Source: a virus (taxonomy: Duplodnaviria > Caudoviricetes). From it: a DNA stretch of 25,381 nucleotides. Position numbers and translations under genes: made by a program. Numbering within the stretch: the first letter of the stretch is position 1; the number at the start of each line of letters is the position of its first letter. Where the stretch lies: positions 1 to 25,381 of the IMG/VR virus record IMGVR_UViG_3300025005_000035. One strand, 5' to 3'. Below the pieces are notes generated by a model, which saw only the letters and a list, made by a program, of their open reading frames with translations, searched no databases and was not told the origin of the DNA. This document shows positions 1-8,483 of this stretch, piece by piece.

Positions 1-561
1 CTTACCCAAGCAGATGTGCTGTACAGGGACTCTGCAAAGAAGATCGCATCGGGCCAGCCAAAGCAAGTCGCAGTTGGGCTCAAGAACCTAGCCCTGTATG
101 CAGCAGCCCTGTCTACCGTCACAATTCCTTCCGATGCGATTAAGAACTGGCTGAATGGCCGTGGCCTGCGCCTGGACAAGATCGACTACGTGGAGAATTT
201 TACCCGTAACTTCGGCCTCAGTCGCTACACAATGAACAAGGTTATGCGGAGTGAAACGCCCGGCACAGAGATGGTGCAAGCAGGACAGGATATGCTCACG
301 CCGCCTGTCTTGAGCGTTGCCAAGACCCTGATGAAAGGGGCAAGCTCTCCGAAGGAGCTAGTGCCTCTAATCCCTCTAGTTGGCAGGGCAGCCTACAATC
401 GAGAGTTCGGAGGGAATGAGAAAGCCGCGCGGAACGAGCAGCTCCAGAAACGCCTCGACCTCCGTGACGCTAAAGAAGCGCGTAACCCCTCGCTCAAGGC
501 AGCTCGTCTGCGCAAACAGGCCGCCGCAAAAAGGGCCGCAGCAGCAAAGTTTTCAAAATAG
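1..561 (+). CDS. C-terminal part of a large virion protein (possible internal/ejection protein), truncated by the window start
   Basis: Frame is open from base 1 to TAG at 559-561. Helical, Ala/Lys-rich end. Function inferred only from its position just before the tail genes. Confidence 0.45.
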   Translation, partial: LTQADVLYRDSAKKIASGQPKQVAVGLKNLALYAAALSTVTIPSDAIKNWLNGRGLRLDKIDYVENFTRNFGLSRYTMNKVMRSETPGTEMVQAGQDMLTPPVLSVAKTLMKGASSPKELVPLIPLVGRAAYNREFGGNEKAARNEQLQKRLDLRDAKEARNPSLKAARLRKQAAAKRAAAAKFSK

Positions 562-563
562 AT

Positions 564-592
564 GGAACTTATTTATGCACTATGGGTCTAAC
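564..592 (+). promoter_or_regulatory. RpoE/AlgU-type ECF sigma promoter for the tail operon
   Basis: GGAACT-TATTTATGCACTATGG(16)-GTCTAAC, intergenic, upstream of RBS GAGGTGG and ATG 625. Confidence 0.75.
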
Positions 593-624
593 AGCTATCA
601 CGCGAAATATACAGAGGTGGATGT

Positions 625-921
625 ATGAGCTTCCCCGGATCTGGAAGGGCTGATTACTTTCAGCTAGGCGACTGGAATGCCGTGTGTTTTGAGTGTGGGA
701 GGAAGCGGAAAGCCTCCACGCTTAAGAAACATTGGCAGGGGTACTACGTCTGCCCTGAACATTGGGAGGCGCGGCAGCCGCAGGACTTCGTCCGCAGCGT
801 CCCCGATGTGATCACTCCGCCGTGGGCGCAGCCAATGTCGGATACCTTCACGACCTCGCCTCGCACGAGGCCTAGCCGGACAATCAATGGCGCGCCAATT
901 AACACTACGGAGATCGACTAA
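625..921 (+). CDS. Conserved phage Cys-rich (zinc-finger-like) protein
   Basis: CFEC...VCPEHWEARQPQDFVR motif; good RBS; stop overlaps the next ATG. Confidence 0.75.
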   Translation: MSFPGSGRADYFQLGDWNAVCFECGRKRKASTLKKHWQGYYVCPEHWEARQPQDFVRSVPDVITPPWAQPMSDTFTTSPRTRPSRTINGAPINTTEID

Positions 922-3119
922 TGACTATTAAGTTTGCTAACAATGTCAGCACGACGCTGGCGAATTCAGCTCTGGTTGGCCAGACTACGATGGAGGTGGC
1001 TAGTGTCGCAGGCTTTCCTACACTGGCCCTAGGAGATTACTTCTACGGGACACTGACAAATAACCTTGGCGCAATTGAGATCGTAGAAGTGACGAGTATT
1101 GCAGGAAATATTCTGACCTGTGTACGCGGAGCAGAGGGGACGGCTCCGCAAGACTGGACGACTGGCGCCACGTTCGAGATCCGCGTAACGGCTGCTGGGC
1201 TGACGAAGGTGATGGACACAACGGAGATTGTGGAGGAAGTCCAGACTGCCACAAGCGGGCAGACGGTGTTTACCCTGACTACATTCATGTACGCGCCGGG
1301 TGAGAATACCTTGTCCGTGTACCTAGATGGGGTAAATCAGATCGCGGGACTGAGCTACGAAGAGACGAGCCCTTCCGTCGTGACCTTCGCAGACCCGCTG
1401 CATCTAGGGGCGTTGGTTAAGTTTACGACGCTGCAAACCAGTGGCATTACAACCCCGGCTGCAGTGGTGATCTACGAACCTGCAGGCACCGGAGCAGTCG
1501 CCACGACTGTTCAAGCTAAGCTGCGTGAGAGTGTGAGTGTGTTTGACTTTATGACCGCCGCAGAAATCGCAGATGTACAGGCGCGGACTGGCTTGCTTGA
1601 TGTAACTACAGCAATCGCTATGGCAATCCTTGGTACTGGGGATGTTAGTGTACTTTACTTTCCCGCAGGTTACTATGGGGTATCTACGCTTAAATTCAAT
1701 AAAGCACAGATGACCGTTTACTTTGATCATGCTGCGCAACTTGGGCCTGTCGTTGGGTATGCAGCTCCTACAACGGCTGTAGTTGTAATTAATAATACTA
1801 ACCAAACATTCCACGGCTTGAATATAAGTACAGCACTTAATGTTAATTACACTGCTGCCTTACAAATGGCCTCTGTGGATGGTACTCACGCAGAGTTTAC
1901 TAAAATCAACGGATTATTTATCAGTGACTCGCATATCGGGGTTTTGTATGGCTCGTTGGCTGCCCCTGTGGATGCCCCTATTTCGGAGAATTACATTTCA
2001 GGATACTGGACATATAATGTAGGTAGATGTTTATATGCAAATCAGACCAACGGGTGGCTGATGATTAATCATTCCACATTAGTCTGTGGAGATGCAACAG
2101 GTACAGCATTCCCCGTAGAAACTGCTTGCGCGGTAGAAAATATCAACACCGAGCTATTCATCAGCGATTCAGAACTTTTGAATGTGTGGGGCACAACAGA
2201 CTACTTAATTAAAAATTCATCCGATTTGCTCCTTAGCAATGTCGGTGTTGAATGCCCCTCTCGGCACTTCCTCCTAAGGGATGCTAGCTCTACCCAGATT
2301 AGTAATTACACAACTGTTTTTTGGAATAATGCAACTCAATGGCTGTTCAATACGGACACAAATGCTACCCTGCGCCTTCAAGTTTCAAACAGCAGATTTA
2401 CTAAAAATGTAGCCCAAGCTGCCGCAGGTAATGGTGTTCTACTGACCAATGGCGGTGGCATCACTGCAAAGTTTTCAAATTGTGTATTTGATAACTTCAC
2501 CGCTCAAACATTTGTGACCAGTGCAAAGTATGTCCCAGCGTCCTCTGGGTGGTCTGAGGCCGATGTTTCTTTTTCTAATTGCATTATCAATGATAGTGTG
2601 AATTCTTTATATCTGCCAATTGACATGTCAAATAACTTGGCATCTTACTACGCATTACCAGATATTGCTAAGTTCACGATTTCAACCACAGGGACAGGTG
2701 CCACGGCTGCGATCACCACGGTTTCTGCTGATACGTATACAACCGCGTTAACTTTAGTTTCTGTCGCTGCTGGTACTGTGGAAGCAGCCACTAAAATTGC
2801 AATAGATAACGGAATTTTTTCCCAAACGAGATTCCATATTCTCACTGTTAACATGGGGGTGTCTGCGGCTGCAACTGCATTCAATGCGTCCATACTAGTC
2901 ACGTACTATGACAACGCTGGAAACAGTCTTGCTACACAGTCGTTACGTGGTGTTGATGGTGGTGTTGCAAATCTTAAAGGGATCCCCGGAGTACAAGCAA
3001 ATCGAGAGATGCGAACAATCTTAAGCGTCCCTGTTAACGCTGCACAAATTCAACTTTCATTTATTGCTGGGTACGCAGGGGATTTTACATGGAACATCGG
3101 AAATATTCGGGTATATTAG
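921..3119 (+). CDS. Tail fibre/tailspike with N-terminal virion anchor and probable beta-helix (pectate-lyase-like) domain
   Basis: N-terminal FANN..TTL / RGAEGT anchor, ATSGQTVF module, PAGTGAVATTVQAKLRESVSVFDF linker and LYFPAGYY beta-helix start; Asn/Thr/Ser-rich body. Confidence 0.85.
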   Translation: MTIKFANNVSTTLANSALVGQTTMEVASVAGFPTLALGDYFYGTLTNNLGAIEIVEVTSIAGNILTCVRGAEGTAPQDWTTGATFEIRVTAAGLTKVMDTTEIVEEVQTATSGQTVFTLTTFMYAPGENTLSVYLDGVNQIAGLSYEETSPSVVTFADPLHLGALVKFTTLQTSGITTPAAVVIYEPAGTGAVATTVQAKLRESVSVFDFMTAAEIADVQARTGLLDVTTAIAMAILGTGDVSVLYFPAGYYGVSTLKFNKAQMTVYFDHAAQLGPVVGYAAPTTAVVVINNTNQTFHGLNISTALNVNYTAALQMASVDGTHAEFTKINGLFISDSHIGVLYGSLAAPVDAPISENYISGYWTYNVGRCLYANQTNGWLMINHSTLVCGDATGTAFPVETACAVENINTELFISDSELLNVWGTTDYLIKNSSDLLLSNVGVECPSRHFLLRDASSTQISNYTTVFWNNATQWLFNTDTNATLRLQVSNSRFTKNVAQAAAGNGVLLTNGGGITAKFSNCVFDNFTAQTFVTSAKYVPASSGWSEADVSFSNCIINDSVNSLYLPIDMSNNLASYYALPDIAKFTISTTGTGATAAITTVSADTYTTALTLVSVAAGTVEAATKIAIDNGIFSQTRFHILTVNMGVSAAATAFNASILVTYYDNAGNSLATQSLRGVDGGVANLKGIPGVQANREMRTILSVPVNAAQIQLSFIAGYAGDFTWNIGNIRVY

Positions 3120-3122
3120 ATT

Positions 3123-3971
3123 ATGACTAGTAAAAACATAGCAGCCTTACCTGCTGCGACAATCCCATTAACGGGAACAGAGGTTGTGCCTCTGTGGGTC
3201 AATGGGACAAAGAAAATTTCTATTGCTAATATAACTGCAGGCCGGAACGTAGCGTTGGCCGGGTCGTTAGCTGATTTTAGAGCTAATTACGGAGCCACTG
3301 GTATTCCTATTCACAGCATCACCTACACCACAACTGGCGTAGGCACTGTGTCAGCCGCTACTGGAATGGGCGCGGTAGCTTGGAATAGTTCTACTGGAAA
3401 TATCGCCCAGGCTGAAGGGGTCAGTTTAAACCCTAGTGTGGGTAACTATGGAGCATATGTGATTAGGTGCGCAACTGCGGGGGTTCTTGCAGACGTGTTT
3501 TCCTTTGAGTACGACGGTACGGCTAGGCTATTAACAGGCAACCTAATTCAAGGCACACCAGCCAAAGGCATCGACTTCACCGCCAACACCCCCGCAGCAG
3601 GGATGACGAGTCAACTACTGAACTGGTATGAGGAGGGGACTTGGACGCCTACAGATGCAAGTGGTGCTGGGTTATCCCTTACAGAAGCAAATTGCCAGTA
3701 TACGAGGGTTGGCAGGCTAGTCACAGTTTCTGGAAGAATAACGTATCCGAGTACCGCAAACACGGCTGCCACTGCTATTGGCGGGTTACCGGCAACTTCT
3801 AGTTCATATGCATCTGCAGGGGTTGTGACGGGCGTGGCAGGTACAGCAATTGACGCCTATATCGGGGTAGGTGCAACCGTTATGAATCTTTATTCGCCTG
3901 GCACAGTGGCTGTAACTAATGCAACCATGTCAACTAGGCGTGTGAATTTTAGTATCACTTATATGGTTTAA
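3123..3971 (+). CDS. Tail fibre / adaptor protein
   Basis: IAALPAATIPLTGTEVVP N-terminus; GIDF...LLNWYEEGTWTP and YTRVGRLVTV...GLP motifs typical of phage fibre C-terminal domains. Confidence 0.8.
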   Translation: MTSKNIAALPAATIPLTGTEVVPLWVNGTKKISIANITAGRNVALAGSLADFRANYGATGIPIHSITYTTTGVGTVSAATGMGAVAWNSSTGNIAQAEGVSLNPSVGNYGAYVIRCATAGVLADVFSFEYDGTARLLTGNLIQGTPAKGIDFTANTPAAGMTSQLLNWYEEGTWTPTDASGAGLSLTEANCQYTRVGRLVTVSGRITYPSTANTAATAIGGLPATSSSYASAGVVTGVAGTAIDAYIGVGATVMNLYSPGTVAVTNATMSTRRVNFSITYMV

Positions 3972-3980
3972 GGAAATATC

Positions 3981-5531
3981 ATGTCTCTTACAAAAGTATC
4001 CTTCTCGATGATTCAAAGTAATTTACTTTTATCAAACTTACAAGTAATGGCTGGGAATGATGGTCAATTTATTTATACCTCTGGCAGAACCACTGCTGGC
4101 GATAAAGGGGGTGGAATTTGGGTCGCAAAAGTAGGTTACACCCCTCCCACAGACGATCCCCTAATGGGGATGTATGTTCCTATGGTTGATTTATCCGGAT
4201 ACTGGTGTCGGCAACATGAAGGGAGTGTGTTTCCAGAGGCGTTTGGCGCAAGCACTGCCCCCGGCGTAGATAACCAACCTATTTTTAAAGCAATGATGGA
4301 CGTGCAAATCACTTACTCATTCGCTGAAACAACAGTACATGAACTATTTGACATAGTACTGCAAGGCATGTATGAAATTCATTCGCCTATATTGCTTAGC
4401 CCATTTATTGTGATCCGTAGCGGTGCAAATCACGTACAAACTTCTACTGAATTAGGTTACGGTTTTAATGCCGTAGGTAATTTTACATCCAAAGCTATTA
4501 TTGATAATGCCCCTTACAATATTGATACAACCCGTAAGCAAGTGTTGTACGAGAGTGCTGGAAATATATACGACTCTGGGAATTACAGGGCGTGCGGCAA
4601 TGTGACGCTAGAAAACTTTTTGATTGAGTCGGACGCGTCTTACAACGTATCGACCTGCGCATTTGAAGCTATTCATTTGTGTGGATCAAACGGAAGCATT
4701 GTCCGCAATATCTACACCAGAAACACAATCCAAGGCATCGCTGCTGTAGGTGGATGGCAGAATGAGATTGTGCATAATAAACACGAAACCTACTGGATTG
4801 GTGGATTTTTCTGGAGCAATACAACTTCATATGTGAGGCAAAATTATTACGCTAGAACTGTTGCGCAGAGAGCTACTGTGTGGGCTGATGTAGCTATTCG
4901 CCCGTTTTACCAAGAAATCGCTGCAGGAGGTACTTCCTATTTCGCACAAAAAAATTGTGGTATTGTAAATATTAAATCAGGCGTGAACTTCGACAGTAAT
5001 TTAGTTGAAGCAGTTGATTATGGGTTTGGTATAGATATACGGCCTAATGATTGGTTGCCTCGGTTCTACAATACCTATATGGAGAAAATAGATCAAGCCG
5101 GGTATATCGTATATACAACTACATCTCCTGTAATATATCTAGGAAAAATGTCAGCTACTGCTAACTTACTGGATGTTAATTTGTTCGCAAATGGGGTCAA
5201 TAATAACAAGATTACTATCCACACTGCAATAGGTGCCGAGTTTGTACAAGGGCATATTACGGCACTAGGCACAATGAATGTGAACGGTTCTGAGGGATTT
5301 GCTAATTTAGTCAATTTTCAATCGAGCGTTCGCCCTGCAGGGAGTAACATTTATTGGGATAGATCTAGCGTCAGCAATGGTGCTCCCACATCTGGTAGAT
5401 GGTATGTTGGAGATACTGCGTATGCTAAAACGCCTGTGGCTGGCGGCAATATTGGGTGGGTTTGCGTAACTGCAGGGGACTTTACAGGAATTCCTCCAGT
5501 GTTTAAAACTTTTGGGGCTATAGCCGCATGA
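3981..5531 (+). CDS. Second tailspike (putative polysaccharide-binding/depolymerase)
   Basis: MSLTKVSFSMI N-terminal peptide, GDKGGG, PEAFGA..DN beta-helix entry and C-terminal PTSGRW..GD...P.AGGNIGWVC motif; RBS AAGGA. Confidence 0.8.
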   Translation: MSLTKVSFSMIQSNLLLSNLQVMAGNDGQFIYTSGRTTAGDKGGGIWVAKVGYTPPTDDPLMGMYVPMVDLSGYWCRQHEGSVFPEAFGASTAPGVDNQPIFKAMMDVQITYSFAETTVHELFDIVLQGMYEIHSPILLSPFIVIRSGANHVQTSTELGYGFNAVGNFTSKAIIDNAPYNIDTTRKQVLYESAGNIYDSGNYRACGNVTLENFLIESDASYNVSTCAFEAIHLCGSNGSIVRNIYTRNTIQGIAAVGGWQNEIVHNKHETYWIGGFFWSNTTSYVRQNYYARTVAQRATVWADVAIRPFYQEIAAGGTSYFAQKNCGIVNIKSGVNFDSNLVEAVDYGFGIDIRPNDWLPRFYNTYMEKIDQAGYIVYTTTSPVIYLGKMSATANLLDVNLFANGVNNNKITIHTAIGAEFVQGHITALGTMNVNGSEGFANLVNFQSSVRPAGSNIYWDRSSVSNGAPTSGRWYVGDTAYAKTPVAGGNIGWVCVTAGDFTGIPPVFKTFGAIAA

Positions 5532-5809
5532 CCCTCTACCTTCTAATCGCTCTCCAAGTCCTCGACCTGCTAACTACAGTCGTGGCACTGCGTAACCCAA
5601 AGCTCACTGAGGGCAATGGCCTACTGAAGCCACTGATGGATAGGTTTGGTGTGCTGCCTACTCTGCTAGGAGCCAAAGGCGCATTCATTGGGCTGCTGTT
5701 TTGGGTTGCACCCTTGGTTCCAGTAGTGGTGCTGTATCTGCTGTGCGCTGGGTACTGCTGGGCTGTCTATAATAATTTGAAACTAATAAGGAATTCCTCG
5801 CATGAGTGA
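5528..5809 (+). CDS. Small membrane protein (DUF5658-like)
   Basis: LQVLDLLTT...EGNGLL motif and about 3 hydrophobic segments; ATGA overlap with the upstream gene. Confidence 0.7.
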   Translation: MTLYLLIALQVLDLLTTVVALRNPKLTEGNGLLKPLMDRFGVLPTLLGAKGAFIGLLFWVAPLVPVVVLYLLCAGYCWAVYNNLKLIRNSSHE

Positions 5810-6086
5810 CCAATACGTAAACCGCCGCCAAGCTCAAAGCTGGCATCTAAAGAAAGAGATCAACATCAGCTTGATCATCAGCGTGATCGGCATTGCAATT
5901 ACGATGGTTCTCGGCTACGCGGACATCAAAAAAGAGATTGCCCTGATACAAGCTGATGTTAGCGTTTTGCACCAGCGCGATGACAAAAACACGCAGGACT
6001 TGCGCGACGGGATTGAAATGGTGTCCTCCCAGTACCTGCGACTTGAGTCGAAGCTAGACCGGCTGATCGAGAATGGTCACAAATGA
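5802..6086 (+). CDS. Single-TM coiled-coil protein, putative holin/lysis accessory protein
   Basis: One TM segment (ISLIISVIGIAITMVLGYA) followed by a coiled coil ending KLDRLIE; directly upstream of the endolysin. Confidence 0.6.
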   Translation: MSDQYVNRRQAQSWHLKKEINISLIISVIGIAITMVLGYADIKKEIALIQADVSVLHQRDDKNTQDLRDGIEMVSSQYLRLESKLDRLIENGHK

Positions 6087-6529
6087 GACTCACCACACAT
6101 TTCTCGGTCGAAGAATTTGTCGCCAGCCAAACGGCTGACCGGCGAGACATCGACAACTCACTCACAAGCAACCTGCTAGCAAGCGCCAGAAACACATGCA
6201 ATGGGCTTGAGCAAGTGCGCAGCTTGCTGGGTAACTTGCCCATTTTGATCAGCAGCGGATATCGGTCCCCCGAGCTTAACCGTGCGGTGGGCGGCAGCAA
6301 GAGCAGCCAGCACATGCTTGCCCAAGCGGCTGACTTTACCTGCCCAGGCTTTGGCTCTGTCGCTGACATCGTCGAAAAAATCATGCAGAGCGACATTCCC
6401 TACGACCAACTTATAAGGGAGTTTGCAACCCTTCCAGGACGTGGCTGGGTGCATATCAGTTTTACGATGCTCCCACCGCGCAAGCAAGTGCTGATCATCG
6501 ACCAAGACGGGTCAAGGGCCTACGCATGA
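6083..6529 (+). CDS. Endolysin, peptidase M15A family (Zn peptidase)
   Basis: ISSGYRSPELNRAVGG..SQH...AAD and WVHIS supply the His/Asp/His zinc ligands. Confidence 0.9.
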   Translation: MRLTTHFSVEEFVASQTADRRDIDNSLTSNLLASARNTCNGLEQVRSLLGNLPILISSGYRSPELNRAVGGSKSSQHMLAQAADFTCPGFGSVADIVEKIMQSDIPYDQLIREFATLPGRGWVHISFTMLPPRKQVLIIDQDGSRAYA

Positions 6530-6587
6530 ATTGTCTCGACTACGCGCTTACGGTTTGTATTTCTATCTACAATTTTAAGGATTTATT

Positions 6588-6659
6588 ATGAGCAACACAA
6601 AACCAGATAGTTCACAAGTTAAGTTTATCCCGGCAAGTACTGGTGCTGTGCCCTTGTGA
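6588..6659 (+). pseudogene. Probable 23-codon remnant of a tailspike gene start (MSNTKPDSSQVKFIPASTGAVPL*)
   Basis: RBS TAAGGA before ATG 6588; VKFIPASTGAV resembles VIYEPAGTGAV in the 921-3119 fibre, then stops. Confidence 0.45.
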
Positions 6660-6777
6660 TTCGATACCCTCTCGTCTTCTACGTAGCTACTCTGCCAGTA
6701 GCCGAGGGGCTGAAATCTGTAGGCTACACGGAGCGCACCACTATTGCACAGCTATTAACCAGTGGAGTAACACTAGC

Positions 6778-7182
6778 ATGAACCCTTTATTACTTGGCCC
6801 ACTATTTGAACTTGGCAAGGGGATTATTGATCGCCTGTTCCCCGACCCGGCTAAGAAAGCAGAAGCGGAGCTTGAACTTCTGAAAATGACACAGGCGGGG
6901 GACTTGCAAGTGATCCTCGCCCAGCTTGCTATTAATGCGAAGGAAGCAGAAAGTCCCTCGATTTTTGTTGCTGGCTGGCGACCGTTTGTAGGCTGGACTT
7001 GTGGTATCGGGCTTGCTTATGCAACTATCGGGGTTAACTTGCTTAGCTGGCTTTCCACTGCGCGAGGGTGGCCGCTGCCCCCTGTAGTTGACACTGATAC
7101 GCTATTGTACGTGCTAGGCGCTATGCTCGGTATTGGCGGACTGCGCACCCTGGAGAAGGTGAAAGGCGTGGCGGCTAAGTAA
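6778..7182 (+). CDS. Holin, 3-TM (GTA-holin-like family)
   Basis: IIDRLFPDP, WRPFVGW and MLGIGGLRTLEK motifs; likely start is ATG 6778 rather than 6643. Confidence 0.85.
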   Translation: MNPLLLGPLFELGKGIIDRLFPDPAKKAEAELELLKMTQAGDLQVILAQLAINAKEAESPSIFVAGWRPFVGWTCGIGLAYATIGVNLLSWLSTARGWPLPPVVDTDTLLYVLGAMLGIGGLRTLEKVKGVAAK

Positions 7183-7191
7183 GGGGGATGT

Positions 7192-7223
7192 TCGCACGGA
7201 TTATCGTAAAATAACCCGCGCGA
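7192..7223. promoter_or_regulatory. 32-bp palindromic site, copy 1 (at the convergence of late and early arms; may also act as a terminator hairpin)
   Basis: TCGCACGGATTAT-cgtaaa-ATAACCCGCGCGA. Confidence 0.65.
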
Positions 7224-7229
7224 TCTTCC

Positions 7230-8483
7230 CTATAGCACTGTATCCGGCGTGATAATTAATCCCTTGGGGGGGACCTGAGGCGCCCGAGCCGGTGCTGCTG
7301 GCGTCGTTGCCTGGAGCATGATGCCTTGAGCGGTCGATACCATCTTGAGCTGGCCAGAATTCAGACACCCCTGGAGAATCCCCTCGAAGTCCCGGAAGTC
7401 TGGGAAGTACAAGTGGATCATCTTGTAAGCTTCATGGTAGGGAACGGAGCCCTTGCGAGTTACAAAGTCGATGAAGCGTTCTGCCTGCATCGAATCCTCA
7501 GTCCTGCCAATCCGAGAGAAGACACGGGGCATGTCGGACTCCAGGTCTTCCAGCATCGTGTTGGCGAGCTGGAGATCCTCGGAGCTAATGAGCAGGTCGT
7601 TGGAGCGGGAGGCGGAGATAATCATCGCCACCTTGTGCATATGAGTCTGCTTCCGGGCAGCGTAACCCTCCATCATCTTATCATCCATCCGGGTCGAGGC
7701 GGTTTCCCAGAAGGACTTGTACCATGCCTCCCCCCAGGCACGGGCATCGGGAGAGATTCTAAATTCCCCTGTCATCACAGCGATCTGCTCGAGGTCTTGG
7801 ATTAGCTTGGTGCGGAGAGAAGCGTCCTCGGAGGAGATCTGCTCGTCCACGTAGGCGACGTAGCGTTCCTTGGTGTCTCCGTAAACGAAGAGGCAGCGGG
7901 AGGACAGGCCCCCGCCGATCATAGCCTGGGGGATATTGTCCGCTACCCAGTGGGGGGTAGTGCCAGCAATCAGGTTAATCCAGGGTGCTTCGACCGTGTC
8001 GTTGCCGGACATCTTGGTGATCTTTTCATAGCTGCGCTTTCCGTCCCAGAGCTCGATCAAGAGGTTGATCATCTCCTTGTCCTGGAGGTTGAGCAGGGAA
8101 CCGAGCTCGGAGGCGACCAGGGTCAGGGGAGACATCGGCACCCACTCGCCTCGGTACTCGAAGGACTCTGACGAGGCGGCGAAGGCGGAGACGAGCGCTT
8201 GCCAGGTGATGGCGTTGGGGCCGAACTTTATGCCGGGGACTTGCTTGAGCAGGTCAGTGGCGATGTCGATGGAGGTGGACTTGGCGATGACTCCAGGCGG
8301 CGCGACGAGGATGATGTAGAAGGAAGGGTACCAAGTAAAGCGTTTCATGTCCAGCCAGACTCGGCGGCGCAAGCAACCAGCTACGGCGGACACTGCGCAC
8401 CAGAAGTGCATTCGCTTGGGCGCCTCCGTCACGGCTGCGTAGGTCAGGTACGCAGGGATGAACTCAGGGAAATGGCGAGACAT
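7230..8483 (-). CDS. DUF3987/YfjI-like P-loop ATPase, putative replicative helicase
   Basis: EAP..HFW...LRRRVW N-terminus, Walker A-like APPGVIAKST, SELGSLL, LWDG, GLSSR; start 8483 overlaps the polymerase stop (TGATG). Confidence 0.7.
   Translation of the reverse strand: MSRHFPEFIPAYLTYAAVTEAPKRMHFWCAVSAVAGCLRRRVWLDMKRFTWYPSFYIILVAPPGVIAKSTSIDIATDLLKQVPGIKFGPNAITWQALVSAFAASSESFEYRGEWVPMSPLTLVASELGSLLNLQDKEMINLLIELWDGKRSYEKITKMSGNDTVEAPWINLIAGTTPHWVADNIPQAMIGGGLSSRCLFVYGDTKERYVAYVDEQISSEDASLRTKLIQDLEQIAVMTGEFRISPDARAWGEAWYKSFWETASTRMDDKMMEGYAARKQTHMHKVAMIISASRSNDLLISSEDLQLANTMLEDLESDMPRVFSRIGRTEDSMQAERFIDFVTRKGSVPYHEAYKMIHLYFPDFRDFEGILQGCLNSGQLKMVSTAQGIMLQATTPAAPARAPQVPPKGLIITPDTVL

Noticed and set aside
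921-5531. Diversity-generating retroelement acting on tail fibres
   Set aside because: No reverse transcriptase and no template/variable repeat pair seen in the window.
6643-6777. N-terminal extension of the holin ORF
   Set aside because: The holin family pattern begins at MNPLLLG (6778); the upstream part lacks an RBS.
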